Shown here piece after piece: positions 38,129 to 49,007 of a stretch of DNA of 64,000 nt. The position numbers and the translations under genes were made by a program. The stretch lies in contig CAVTRL010000006.1 in assembly GCA_963737125.1 (NCBI GenBank), positions 64,352-128,351 of the forward strand. The letters run 5' to 3'. Position 1 is the first letter of the stretch, and every line of letters begins with the position of its first letter. The DNA is from an uncultured Chloroflexia bacterium (lineage in GTDB: Bacteria > Chloroflexota > UBA5177). Below the pieces are notes generated by a model. The model did not search any database. It was given only the letters and a program-made list of their open reading frames with translations, and had not been told where the DNA came from.

Positions 38129-40186
38129 TCACCTGCAAACAGCCCATGCCTCTGATGATCGGCCGCCCGGCGACCCGCCTACGGCGAGCGTTGACGTGTG
38201 CGTAGTCGCGTCCTGGGCCAGTATGGCGGCGCTCGTTGCCCCAAGTTTCAGCGAGACCTTCCCTTTCGTCACCGTGTACGGCTTGCCTGAGAGGGCATCC
38301 GTCAGCTTTGCGCCGGAGGACACTCCCGCAATCGTCAGCGTTAGCGTGTGTGCCTTGCTGTCGTCGTTAAACGCCACCACCACACTCTGCCGGCTATCAC
38401 GTCTGAGAAACGAAACGATGCGATTGGCGTTGTTCATAGTCAGCGCGGTGATTGTGCCGTCACGCAGAGCCGGATTCTGACGCCGGATTTGCAGCACCGA
38501 TCGATAGTACGCCTGTAGGTTGGTGTCTGGGTGTTGCCAGTCGAAGAATTGACGTGAGACGTATGAAGGGTCCGGACTGACGGCGTTTTGCATTCCTGCT
38601 TCGTCGCCGTAGTAGATGGACGGGGCTCCCAGCCAGGTCGCCTGTAACGTGGCCACCTGCCGCAGCTCCGACTTATTCCCTCGCAGCGACGATAGGATAC
38701 GACTCGTGTCGTGAGAGTCGACGACATTCATCGACGCATAGAGTGCAGGCAAAGGATACTCCTGCGCCATCTCGAGCAGTTGGTTGAAGAAACTGGTCGC
38801 GCTTACCGGAAATCCCCCCTCGGTATCCGCGCCGCGGCCGAAAAATTCGAGGACGATATCTCTGAACCGGTAGTTCATGTCGCCGTCGAATTCGTTGCCC
38901 ATCAGATACGGGGTCGCATCGATCGGGCTGAGATCGCACTCGCAAATCAGCATGTCTTCCGGGAATTTCGCTTTCACGGCAGACCTGAAGCTTTGCCACC
39001 AGGAATGACTCTTAAAGGTTGCCGCGTCGAGCCTCCAGCCGTCAGTGCCGACACCGAGCCAGTGCTGAGCAACCGAATCCGGTCCCCTGAAAATGAAATC
39101 CTGTACGGCCCCACTCTCACTCAGTTGCGGTAAATTAGCGGCGTTGGGAAACGTAATGGGGTTGTTGGGCCAGGATCCAAAGGTGTACCACGGGAAGTAC
39201 GGAGACATCTGGGATTGGTACGCACCTACATCTGGAAACCGGTTGTACTGATTGAAGTAGATGCTGTCACTGCCGGTATGGTTGAAGACTCCGTCCAGGA
39301 TCACCCGTAGTCCGGCGGCATGAGCGTCGGCCAGCAGTTTTTGCAGGGTTTGCATGGTTCCAAAGTGAGGATCGATCGTAAAGTAATCGCTCGTGTCGTA
39401 TTTGTGGTTCGTGGTCGCGAGAAAGATCGGATTCAAGTAGAGGGTATTCACCCCCAAGTCCTTCAGGTAGGGCAGCTTGTCGTCGATCCCCTGCAGATCT
39501 CCTCCGTAGAATCCATACTGTCCCTGCGGCGGATCGCTCTCACTTTCAAACGTGGGAACCGGCTCATTTCCGAGCGGCGGCATGACGTCACGATCGTTAC
39601 TCGGGTCGCCGTTGAAGAAGCTGTCGGGGAATATCTGGTAGTACACCGCATCCTGTGCCCAGGACGGCGTGTTGAAAGTGGGGACAAACGAGGTGAGGTG
39701 AAACTGTTCGTCGGGCGCGTGCGCGTACGCGGTACCTGAGGTGTTTTCGGCGGCGACAGTATCCGAGTACCACCGCTTATCGCTGCCGTAGGTCACCAGA
39801 AAGTCATACCCATAGACGGCCACATCCTTGGGGACGAACGTGGCAGTCCACACGTCGTAGCGCGGGCCGCGTTTCGCGATTGACATTTTTTGCCGGCCAG
39901 TGGCCTGGGTGGTCAGCTGTTGGTATAGCAGCGTCACGGATGACGCTCCCGCGTGTGCCGTACGCAGACGAAGGGCAACGGACGTGCCCGCACGCACGGC
40001 GCCGAAGGGCGAGCGATATGCCAGGAGTCGAGGATCGTGCAACAAGGCTCTCGTATCAATGGTTGCGCTCGCGCCAGCGCCGCCCACGTTCGCGCCCGGC
40101 AAACCCACCGGAGCCGCGCGTGTGACAGAGGTCAAGGAAGCCAGAAATACAATACTCAAAAAAGCGGCCAGGCGCACGGTAGTCAT
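38129..40186 (-). CDS. Secreted GH13 alpha-amylase-family glycoside hydrolase (neopullulanase/cyclomaltodextrinase-like)
   Basis: GH13 regions LYLNPIF...DTSDYF, LRVILDGVFNHTG, GWRLDAA. Signal peptide MTTVRLAAFLSIVFLASLTSVTRA. Start at ATG 40186 with a GGGAGGAG RBS. Confidence 0.8.
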   Translation of the reverse strand: MTTVRLAAFLSIVFLASLTSVTRAAPVGLPGANVGGAGASATIDTRALLHDPRLLAYRSPFGAVRAGTSVALRLRTAHAGASSVTLLYQQLTTQATGRQKMSIAKRGPRYDVWTATFVPKDVAVYGYDFLVTYGSDKRWYSDTVAAENTSGTAYAHAPDEQFHLTSFVPTFNTPSWAQDAVYYQIFPDSFFNGDPSNDRDVMPPLGNEPVPTFESESDPPQGQYGFYGGDLQGIDDKLPYLKDLGVNTLYLNPIFLATTNHKYDTSDYFTIDPHFGTMQTLQKLLADAHAAGLRVILDGVFNHTGSDSIYFNQYNRFPDVGAYQSQMSPYFPWYTFGSWPNNPITFPNAANLPQLSESGAVQDFIFRGPDSVAQHWLGVGTDGWRLDAATFKSHSWWQSFRSAVKAKFPEDMLICECDLSPIDATPYLMGNEFDGDMNYRFRDIVLEFFGRGADTEGGFPVSATSFFNQLLEMAQEYPLPALYASMNVVDSHDTSRILSSLRGNKSELRQVATLQATWLGAPSIYYGDEAGMQNAVSPDPSYVSRQFFDWQHPDTNLQAYYRSVLQIRRQNPALRDGTITALTMNNANRIVSFLRRDSRQSVVVAFNDDSKAHTLTLTIAGVSSGAKLTDALSGKPYTVTKGKVSLKLGATSAAILAQDATTHTSTLAVGGSPGGRSSEAWAVCR

Positions 40187-40633
40187 GCCATACTCCTCCC
40201 TAGACTCGCAATGACCGCGGATACCGATTGTTCTCCGACCGGGAAGAACGAGGCATTCGCATCCCGCTATTATCATGGGTCCTGCTTAAATTCAAGGATC
40301 GCACGGCCTTTCTCTACAATCGTCGACCTAAGGCATCGTAAAGGCGGCGCCGGGCGACACTGCAGAGCACAGACCGCGAATATTTCTTGACGGGGCACCA
40401 TTACTGTGCTAGAGTGCCGCCAGGTTGCAGCCAAGCTCGTTCACGCGGGAGAGGCAAGTTTACCGTGCGCTTCGGCAGTCGGTGTGTGGCCACGCATGGA
40501 ACGCTGTGATATGCGGTGCGCATATCCTGACACCGTGGAGTGCAGGTACAGGACGACCAAAGGAGGAGAGAGCGGCAATACAGATTGAGATTCCATAGAG
40601 CTGAATGTCGAACACGTAACGAGGAGAGAGCAC

Positions 40634-41950
40634 GTGAGGAAATACCTGCACATTACAGTTGCGCTGATTTTCGGGTTGACTTTTAGCCTGACGTCAGCGC
40701 ACGTATCCGCCGCCGGCCATGTGGCGGCCAGCACCACCCCTCCCAAACTGAAGGCGGGCGTGACCCTGTCGGTCTGGGATTACTTCTGCACTACCAGTCA
40801 GACCACCTGCCCGGAGCGCGATACGGAGTGGAAGATCATCCAGCAGTGGGAGAAGATCTCACACGATACGGTGAAGTTCCCCACCAATCCCAATAACCAC
40901 GACAACACCATGTGCACGGCGGGCCCGGCAAAGCAGGGGCCCGATCTCATTGCCGGTCCGCACAACGAAATGGCGCCGATGGTAGCCTGCCAGACGCTGG
41001 CTCCCGTTCCCGCGTGGGCGTGGTCACCTACGGATAAGAAGAAGTACATCAAGGCCGCTATTCAGGCGACCACGCTTGCCGGTAAAACGTACTCGATGCC
41101 ATGGGCAATTGAGACAACCGGCTTGTTCTACAACAAAGCACTGATCCCGACCAGCGCTTTCAAGCCGGCTGCGGGTGCGAAGTACTTCACGTGGACCCAG
41201 TTCATCGCGAAGCTCAAGAAGCTCAACGTCCCCAACGGCCTTCCCTTCGGGTGGGACCAAGCCAACTTCTACTTTGATTACGCCTTCATCTCCGGTAACG
41301 GCGGATACGTGTTCAAGTACACGAAGTCTGGTTACAACTACAAGCAGATCGGTCTCGACAGCGCCGCATCAATCAAAGGAATCAAATTCATTGGCGATCT
41401 GAATGAAAACGGGAAGTACAAGCTGTACCCCGCCTCGATGAATGATTCCGTCGCCAGTGGGCTGTTCACGGGAGGCAAGCTCGGCGTCTACTACACCGGT
41501 CCGTGGAACGAAGCAAACTTCGATACCGCGCATATCAGCTACGGGTTCCAGCCACTCCCGTCATTCGACGGAAAGCACCCGTCTCGCCCCTTCTCCGGTG
41601 TGCAGGTGTATGCCCTCAATGCATTTTCCGCCCATAAGAATGAGGCGGCATCGCTCATGGCGTACCTCACCACTCACATGCAAACCCCCGAATTTCACAC
41701 CTCGGGACGCATTCCGGTGATCACCAGCATCTTGAAGTCCAGCGCGGTACAGAAGAATGCCGTCGCGGGTGGCCTGGCAAGAGCTGCCCTAGCTGCTGCT
41801 CCGATGCCGAACATCGCCGAGATGAATGAAGTGTGGGGCCCGATGGGCACCGCGATCGGAAACGTCGTAGCTGGAAAGCAATCGGCCTCCGACGCCGCCA
41901 AGGCAGCTGTGGCGCAGATCAAGTCCGACATCGCGAAGGCTCACGGATAA
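40634..41950 (+). CDS. Sugar ABC transporter substrate-binding protein (maltose/maltodextrin-binding, MalE-like)
   Basis: Signal peptide followed by a family-1 SBP fold. It sits in an operon with MalF/MalG-type permeases. Confidence 0.75.
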   Translation: MRKYLHITVALIFGLTFSLTSAHVSAAGHVAASTTPPKLKAGVTLSVWDYFCTTSQTTCPERDTEWKIIQQWEKISHDTVKFPTNPNNHDNTMCTAGPAKQGPDLIAGPHNEMAPMVACQTLAPVPAWAWSPTDKKKYIKAAIQATTLAGKTYSMPWAIETTGLFYNKALIPTSAFKPAAGAKYFTWTQFIAKLKKLNVPNGLPFGWDQANFYFDYAFISGNGGYVFKYTKSGYNYKQIGLDSAASIKGIKFIGDLNENGKYKLYPASMNDSVASGLFTGGKLGVYYTGPWNEANFDTAHISYGFQPLPSFDGKHPSRPFSGVQVYALNAFSAHKNEAASLMAYLTTHMQTPEFHTSGRIPVITSILKSSAVQKNAVAGGLARAALAAAPMPNIAEMNEVWGPMGTAIGNVVAGKQSASDAAKAAVAQIKSDIAKAHG

Positions 41951-42033
41951 CCTGACCAGGTGGCGAACACCGGACGCCGGCGGGGTCGACTGTGACTCCG
42001 CCGGCGCTCTCCGGCTAGGGAGGTAAGAGACGC

Positions 42034-43002
42034 ATGGCGACACATACCAGTTCCCGTGCCCCGCGCGGTCGTTCCAGGCTCGGTGAATCCCTCTACGCGT
42101 ATGGCTTTATCGGACCTGCCATCGCGGCCATGGTGATTGCCAGCTTCATCCCGATCGCATTCACGATTTTTGTCGCCTTCACGAACTGGGACGGCTACCA
42201 CAACGCCCTCGTACAAGGCTTCCACTTTATTGGGTTCGCCAACTTTCAGGAGATCGGAGCCGATTTTCAGGGAACGGTGTTGGGCGTGGTGATCTGGACG
42301 CTGGCCTTCGCGGGTATCTCGACCGCGATCAACTTCTCGATCGGACTCTTCCTTGCTTTTCTCTTGAACAATCCACATATGCCCGAACGGAATTTGTACC
42401 GCGCCATTCTCATTCTGCCGTGGGCGCTTCCAGGATCGATCACCATTCTGGCGTGGACCGGTCTACTGAATACCGATTACGGGCCGATCAATCTCATATT
42501 GGGTGGTATTCACCTTGGTCCCTTCAGCCCCGGGCACATTCACTGGCTTGACGACCCAAACTGGGCGCGATTTTCGGTCATCATGGTCAATGCCTGGTTC
42601 GGGTTCCCGTTTATGATGACGGCCTGTCTCGGCGCACTGCAGGCGATTCCGGCCGATCTGGGAGAGGCGGCTCAAGTGGATGGGGCTGGAGTGATGACGC
42701 GCTTTCGAAGAATCACGCTGCCTTTGCTTCGTGCCGCCACGTTACCCCTGACCATCAGCACGTTCGCGTACAATCTGAATAATTTTGGCGCTGTGTACTT
42801 GCTCACGGCGGGTGGTCCCACCGCATCCGGCAGCAGCGCGGGAGCTACCGACATATTGCCCACCTATACATACAATCTCGCCATCGTGCTCAACCGGTAT
42901 GGTTTGGCGTGCGCGTATGCGATCGTTATTTTCCTCTTCATCGGCTCCTTGAGCGCGGCGCAGATGAAGTACAGCCGGGCGTTTGAGGATCTCGACCGAT
43001 GA
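42034..43002 (+). CDS. Sugar ABC transporter permease (MalF-like)
   Basis: EAA motif region ...LQAIPADLGEAAQVDGAG... Confidence 0.85.
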   Translation: MATHTSSRAPRGRSRLGESLYAYGFIGPAIAAMVIASFIPIAFTIFVAFTNWDGYHNALVQGFHFIGFANFQEIGADFQGTVLGVVIWTLAFAGISTAINFSIGLFLAFLLNNPHMPERNLYRAILILPWALPGSITILAWTGLLNTDYGPINLILGGIHLGPFSPGHIHWLDDPNWARFSVIMVNAWFGFPFMMTACLGALQAIPADLGEAAQVDGAGVMTRFRRITLPLLRAATLPLTISTFAYNLNNFGAVYLLTAGGPTASGSSAGATDILPTYTYNLAIVLNRYGLACAYAIVIFLFIGSLSAAQMKYSRAFEDLDR

Positions 43003-43955
43003 TCGAGCAACAAGGCGGAGAACAAGCAATAGGCGCGGTGGCAGCACCCACGGCGGCGCGTGCCGGTGTCCTGGCGGCGAGAGCGTCGGCATCCGGCCGT
43101 GTGCGCACCAAGAGCAGCTTGCGCCCGGATGAAGTAGCGTTTCTGTGGATAAGTCGTGTCATAATCTGGATCTTTATCCTGGCCGTGATCTTTCCAATCG
43201 TCTTGATCGCAATCGCATCGCTCACGGCTGGAAACTCGCTGCTCGTCACGTCGATTATCCCGGCCAAGCTGTCGCTCGAACACTGGCACAATATTTTCGA
43301 TCCAGCCCAGACCAGCATCTTGCTATGGCTGCGCAATAGCGCCATAGTCGCGCTCTCCACGTCAGTCCTGGCGGTGCTCCTGGTCGCAACCACCGGCTAT
43401 GCGTTTAGCCGTTTCCGGTTCTACGGCAAAAAGTACGGACTCATGGGACTTCTCCTGATCCAGATGTTTCCGGCCCAGATGTCGTTTGTGGCGCTGTATT
43501 TTTTCCTGCTCAAAATTGGACTATTGAATACGCTGCAAGGGCTCGTGCTCGTGTTTCTGGGAGGCGGCATTCCGTTCAATGCGTGGCTTTTCAAGGGCTA
43601 CGTCGATGGGCTCCCACGTGACCTGGAAGAATCCGCCTACGTCGATGGCGCCACAAAATGGCAGGCATTCTGGAAGGTCATCTTGCCGCTTACCAGGCCC
43701 ATGATGGCAGTCATTTTCATTTTTCAGACGATCGGGATTTACAACGACTACATCTTGACGAATTTCTTGATCACAGACCCGAGCAAGTACACGATGGCAG
43801 TGGGTCTGCGTGGTTTCATCAACAACCAGTTCGGCCAGAACTGGAACGACTTCGCGGCCGGCGCACTGCTTGCGGCGCTTCCCATTACCGTCATGTTCTT
43901 GCTGGCTCAACGCTGGCTGGTGTCAGGCCTGGCAGCCGGCGCCGTTAAAGGATGA
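42999..43955 (+). CDS. Sugar ABC transporter permease (MalG-like)
   Basis: EAA motif GLPRDLEESAYVDGATKWQAFWKVILPL. ATGA overlap with the upstream permease. Confidence 0.85.
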   Translation: MIEQQGGEQAIGAVAAPTAARAGVLAARASASGRVRTKSSLRPDEVAFLWISRVIIWIFILAVIFPIVLIAIASLTAGNSLLVTSIIPAKLSLEHWHNIFDPAQTSILLWLRNSAIVALSTSVLAVLLVATTGYAFSRFRFYGKKYGLMGLLLIQMFPAQMSFVALYFFLLKIGLLNTLQGLVLVFLGGGIPFNAWLFKGYVDGLPRDLEESAYVDGATKWQAFWKVILPLTRPMMAVIFIFQTIGIYNDYILTNFLITDPSKYTMAVGLRGFINNQFGQNWNDFAAGALLAALPITVMFLLAQRWLVSGLAAGAVKG

Positions 43956-44040
43956 GGTCGCGGCGACCAGGCACCATCGCGCGTCGAAAACGCATGGCAA
44001 TTGCGCTGCCGCCTGTGACTGCGGTAGCAGCCGGTTCGGT

Positions 44041-45966
44041 ATGGGCGAGCTTCGATTGATCGAGAAAGGACACGACACCCCACTCCCGCAGGCGTCTGAA
44101 AACACCATCGCGAGTGCGCCCGGCGATCTGCCGATGCCCGACGTGAGCGCTCGATTCAGCGCTCTTGCCTGGCAATTCCGTCACGACAACACCATCGAGC
44201 CGCTGGCGCCGAAACCCGGAGAAGACGTGGTTGTCACAGCCACCAGCGGTGCTGAGATGTCTCTGCAACGAGCAGCTCTCTATTACACGATCGATGGAGG
44301 CCAGCCGCATACCGGCAGCACCGCGCTACCGCTTCAGGCAGCTCACGTCGAATGGCAGACCGGCATCGGCTTCATCACGACGTGGAGCACGACCATCCCC
44401 GGACAAGCCGCCGGGACGGTGGTGCGCTACCGCATTGCCGGCTGGAGGCGCGATTCGTCCCCCACCGCGGACAAAGCGCCGGATGTATGGGCCGGCGATG
44501 GACAGGGTTTTTGGTTTCGGTTCCCGGGCAAGCGAGGCATCTCGACGTTCGCGTACAGTCCCGAGCCGGCCCGTCGTCCACTGCCGGAATGGATGAACGA
44601 CGCTGTCATCTACCATATTTTTCTCGATCGATTTCATCCCGGCACTCCCGATGGAGGATTTGCGCCAAACGGTGGGGCAATGACGCGGCACGGCGGTACG
44701 ATCGCCGGCGTCCGACAAGCGCTACCGTATCTGGTTGAGCTGGGCATTACGTGCCTGTGGTTCTCACCGCTTGGACCGTCGGAAACCTATCACCGATACG
44801 ACACGATCGATTACTTCAATGTCGATCCGGAGCTCGGCACGATCGAAGAATTGCGCGACCTCGTGCATGAGGCGCATGACCTTGGAATTCGAACGTGGCT
44901 CGACTTCGTGCCAAGTCATTCTTCCTGGCGCCATCCAGCCTTCGTCGATGCGCAGCGCGACCGTTTCGCGCCGACGTACTCCTGGTACACCTTCAACAGC
45001 TGGCCCCATGACTATCGAAATTTCATGCAGTCGTCCCGTTACCTGCCGTCCTTCGATACACAGGACCCAGGGGCGAGAAATCATCTCATCCAGGCAGCAT
45101 CACACTGGCTCCAGGCCTGTGATGTTGACGGCTACCGTATCGATCACGTTATCGCGGCCGGAATGGATTTCTGGCTCGCTTTACGCCTGGCCGCAGAAGC
45201 GGTCAAGCATGATGTCGCCCTGGTTGGAGAGGCGACCGACACTCCCGATTGTCTGCGGCGTTATCGAGGGCACCTCCACGGAATCCTCGATTTCCCGCTA
45301 GCCCGTGCCTTACGCTTGACCTTCGGGACCGGAACCTGGACCGTCGCACAGTTCGATGCGTTTCTGACGGCGTACGAGACGTACATGGCGGAAGGTCCCG
45401 GAACGGTAAGCTTTCTCGACAATCATGACATGGATCGATTTCTCTGGGTAGCCGGGAACGATGTCCAGCGACTCAAGCTCGCGGCGGTCTGTCAATTCAC
45501 ACTGGGCGCCACGCCGGTCGTGTACTACGGCACCGAGATCGGCATGACACAGCGCCAGGGTTCCGGCGCGCTCGGGTTCGGAGGAGATGCCGAAGCGCGC
45601 CGTGACATGATCTGGGATAGAAACGCGTGGCATACCGATCTACTGGAGTTTTACCAGTGCTTGATCAAGCTGCGGCGTCAAGAAGTATCGCTCCAAACCG
45701 GAGATCGCCAGACCGTGCATCTCGACAGGAACGGACAAACCTATGCCTACGTTCGTCACTCCGGGGCAGACCGAACCATCGGGACGGCACTGCTCGTGGT
45801 GTTCAATCTGAATACCACCGAACAGACGCTGGAGCTAACATTGCCGCATCGACCCGATAGCGCCAGGAGCTTGCTGCATACTGCTCGCGAGCCGAGGGTA
45901 CGGTTGGAGGCAGACCGGCTGACACTCAACCTCGACGCGATGAGTGCCGCGATTCTACGTATCTGA
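44041..45966 (+). CDS. Cytoplasmic GH13 alpha-amylase-family enzyme
   Basis: VIYHIFLDRF, GIRTWLDFVPSH, GYRIDHV and LVGEATD map to GH13 regions I-IV. Start is taken at MGELRL (44041) to avoid overlapping malG. Confidence 0.75.
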   Translation: MGELRLIEKGHDTPLPQASENTIASAPGDLPMPDVSARFSALAWQFRHDNTIEPLAPKPGEDVVVTATSGAEMSLQRAALYYTIDGGQPHTGSTALPLQAAHVEWQTGIGFITTWSTTIPGQAAGTVVRYRIAGWRRDSSPTADKAPDVWAGDGQGFWFRFPGKRGISTFAYSPEPARRPLPEWMNDAVIYHIFLDRFHPGTPDGGFAPNGGAMTRHGGTIAGVRQALPYLVELGITCLWFSPLGPSETYHRYDTIDYFNVDPELGTIEELRDLVHEAHDLGIRTWLDFVPSHSSWRHPAFVDAQRDRFAPTYSWYTFNSWPHDYRNFMQSSRYLPSFDTQDPGARNHLIQAASHWLQACDVDGYRIDHVIAAGMDFWLALRLAAEAVKHDVALVGEATDTPDCLRRYRGHLHGILDFPLARALRLTFGTGTWTVAQFDAFLTAYETYMAEGPGTVSFLDNHDMDRFLWVAGNDVQRLKLAAVCQFTLGATPVVYYGTEIGMTQRQGSGALGFGGDAEARRDMIWDRNAWHTDLLEFYQCLIKLRRQEVSLQTGDRQTVHLDRNGQTYAYVRHSGADRTIGTALLVVFNLNTTEQTLELTLPHRPDSARSLLHTAREPRVRLEADRLTLNLDAMSAAILRI

Positions 45967-45992
45967 GACCGGCCATTTCGCGGCACGGTTCG

Positions 45993-47183
45993 CTATATCC
46001 ATTGCTGTCGCTTGAATACCGCGAGGACGCCGCCCACCACAATCAGCACGAGAGAAATCATGATGAGGAAACCCATCGGGCCGTAGATGGGCAAATGCTG
46101 GAAGCTGGTGCCGAAGAAGGAAACGATGAGGGTAACCGGCAGAATGATCGTGGACACGATGGTAAGCACGCGAATTATGTTGTTGGTACGGTGGGCCATA
46201 TAGGAGACATAGATGTCGAACGCGCCGTTGACCGAGTCGCGGGTGATTCGCAGTGCATCGACCAGGCGCCCGAGGCGGTTATCAAGGTCCCGAAAATACA
46301 CGTCGACGTCATTACCGCTCACGAAGGAAAAATCGGGCCGGAGGAATGCCTCGAAGACCTGGCGGTGATGTTCCACGAGCTGGTCGAGCGCAAACGCATA
46401 GCGTTTGACACTCAGTAGCTCTTGTAGAAACGAGTCATCCGGTTGGGACAGCGCGCCCTCTTCCAGCCGTTCGACCTCTCCCCGAATCTCCTCGCTCAGA
46501 TCCTCGTAGTATGCCAGCAGCTCATCCAGGATGATATAGAGCATGTACGAGGAATCAAGCTTCAGCAGTTCGGGATTATGCCGTGACCGTTGCTCCACGT
46601 TCTCCGAGAACGGCAGCGGAAGTTTGTGAGTGCTGACCAGGTAGTTATTCCCGACGAAGAGATCCAGCTCACCGGCCTGTATCCGGTACTCTTTGCCGTT
46701 AATCCGGGCGACGGTCACGGAGACAAAATACTGACCGCTGGATGAGTCCAGTCTCGGCCGCTGCCAGGGTGACAGGGCGACGTGAACTGCAACGCGATCG
46801 AGATCCAGGATTTCGGCGATTCGGTGGAGTGCCATTGGATCGTAATCGGAGAGATCGATCCAGACGAAATACCGATCGTGTCTCACCACCTCGGCGAGCT
46901 CACCGAGGGTGCCATAGCGTGGATCAGCCCCATCGCCGAATACCTGAATCTTTGCCTCGGACGACAATTGGGTGTCCGGCGAGACCTCGCCCGCCGCACC
47001 CTCGACATCCACAATTTCCCCGGCGACGGTCGCCATCGACGAGCCTCCACCGGCGAGTCCGCGTCGCTCACGCAGGTCAGTGGCTGTCGATGCCAGATCA
47101 TCTCGGTCCGCCATCAGATCGCTCGTGTCGATAACCCGTCCTCCTCCATTTTGCGTACCACGGCTACCCTCAGGATTGTGCAA
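45993..47183 (-). CDS. CorA-family divalent cation channel with non-canonical G-T-S pore motif
   Basis: The C-terminal two-TM architecture has ...VLTIVSTIILPVTLIVSFFGTSF..., where GTS replaces the usual YGMNF. The N-terminal cytoplasmic domain is typical CorA length. Confidence 0.6.
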   Translation of the reverse strand: MHNPEGSRGTQNGGGRVIDTSDLMADRDDLASTATDLRERRGLAGGGSSMATVAGEIVDVEGAAGEVSPDTQLSSEAKIQVFGDGADPRYGTLGELAEVVRHDRYFVWIDLSDYDPMALHRIAEILDLDRVAVHVALSPWQRPRLDSSSGQYFVSVTVARINGKEYRIQAGELDLFVGNNYLVSTHKLPLPFSENVEQRSRHNPELLKLDSSYMLYIILDELLAYYEDLSEEIRGEVERLEEGALSQPDDSFLQELLSVKRYAFALDQLVEHHRQVFEAFLRPDFSFVSGNDVDVYFRDLDNRLGRLVDALRITRDSVNGAFDIYVSYMAHRTNNIIRVLTIVSTIILPVTLIVSFFGTSFQHLPIYGPMGFLIMISLVLIVVGGVLAVFKRQQWI

Positions 47184-47212
47184 TTATGCCGGCGCGCATC
47201 AGCCCAATGATT

Positions 47213-48847
47213 TCAAATTTCCTGTAGTGCGTGAGTTTCGAGCACAAACTCCGTAAGAAGCGTCTTGTATCCGACCTCGTCGAAAAGAACGATTACCTCA
47301 TCGTCCTCGTAGCGTTCAACCACACCGGTGCCGAAGACAGAATGAGCAACGCGCGTTCCCAGCGCGAAGGGAACATCCACAGTGGCCGGCGCGACTTCTC
47401 CATGCGCGTCGCACACATCGCAATTGCCGCACGGAGTGGCATACGCTTCGCCGAAATAATTCAAGATGTACTCGCGCCGGCAGTGCGTAAGCTCAGCATA
47501 CCCGCGCATCATGTCGATTCGGGAACGCTTGGTGATTCGTCGACGATCGGCTTCACGGACTGCCTCCTCGACAATATTCTCTCGACTGTCTAAATCTTGC
47601 AGTTGCTCGACATCGCCGCTGGGCGCGATGGCCACCACTCCCGCGTCTTCCAGCATGGTCAACGCCGTCGTCAGCTTTGCTTGAGAGAGGCCGCTCTCCT
47701 CAAGGATCTCGCGCTGCGCGACCATCTCGTCACCATTGTCGACGGCCTCTAAAACACTGAATACGTGTTCCTCGCGCACCTGCCCACCACCGGCAAAAAA
47801 TTGGTGGATGCCGAGATCCTCGGGTCGGTAGAGAAGCAGAGCGGAGGCCGGTTCACCGTCCCGGCCGGCACGCCCGATCTCCTGGTAGTACGAGTCCACG
47901 GACTCCGGGATATCGAAATGAAACACAAACCGGAGATTCTTTTTGTCGACGCCGAGACCGAACGCATTGGTGGCAACGAGCACATCGAGCTCATCCTCCA
48001 TAAAGGCCCGTTGCGTTTCCTCGCGTTCCTCGACCCGCATTCCGGCATGATAAAAAGCGGATCGCGGCACTGCAGCGCTGCAACGCGAGTGCGACCTCTT
48101 CGGCATGCTTCCGGGTCGCCGTGTACACAATCCCCGGTTTGGAAGCGCCTACCACTTTTTCCACCAGGGTCCTTTGCTTCACCGACTCTTCGTGGCACCG
48201 CTCCACGCCGAGCCAAATATTGGGCCGATCGAATCCCTGAATCAGGACATTGGGCTCGCGCAAATGAAGACGGCTTATGATGTCGTCGCGTACTAACGAG
48301 GACGCGGTCGCCGTCAAGGCGAGTACCGTGGGGTGACCAAGGGCGTCGATAACGCTGCCTAGCCGGAGAAAATCCGGTCGAAAATCTTCGCCCCAATCGC
48401 TCACACAATGAGCTTCATCCACGACAAAGAGCGACGGGTGAGCATCACATATCCGTTGCAACGTCGCCTCGTCGCGAAACTGCTCGGGGCCGGTAAACAG
48501 AAACCGGCCACTTTCCCGATCCAACCCCGTGAGGATGGCGTTGCGCTCGGCTCGGGTAATCGTGGAATTCAACACGGTTGCGTCCGTCGACCCGTTACCA
48601 TTCAAACGGTCAGATTGGTCGCGCTGCAGTGCGATAAGAGGTGAAATCACGACGATCGGGCCTTTAAGCATCATGCCTGCGATCTGATACGTGGCGGATT
48701 TTCCCGATCCTGTCGGCATGACTGCGAGCGTGTCTCGCTTCTCGAGCACCGAGTGGATAACCGTTTCCTGCGCCTCGGTGAGGGATTCAAATCCAAGCGT
48801 GTCGCGCGCGATACGGCGCATGTCCCGCGTATCGGTAGTGGTCGTCA
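47213..48847 (-). pseudogene. recQ: ATP-dependent DNA helicase RecQ, interrupted by a +1 frameshift in an A5/T5 run
   Basis: ORFs 47991..49127 and 47213..48130 are consecutive parts of one RecQ (DEAH box [13 protein letters not shown]; then ...AFYHAGM...VATNAFGLGVDKKNLRFVFHFDIPESVDSYYQEIGRAGRDG). The frames switch at plus-strand aaaaa 48052-48056. Removing one base restores [15 protein letters not shown], the same length as E. coli LQSKGISAAAYHAGL. Confidence 0.75.
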
Positions 48848-49007
48848 TTCGTTTGTCTCCGGGTAAAGTGCCCCGCTCGCGCGCGGCCCTCGGGACAAGA
48901 GCAAGCTGCGTACCACGCGACCACCGGCGCTGCGTCTGGGGTGCTTTCGGGTACCGCTCCCGACTCCGAGGAGCCATAATAAAGTACGACACACTCCGAC
49001 GCATCCA

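Noticed and set aside
43810-44040. N-terminal 77 codons of the ORF-track GH13 gene (start 43810)
   Set aside because: It overlaps the malG 3' end by 146 nt in another frame. MGELRL at 44041 (or MPDVS at 44134) is the more plausible start.
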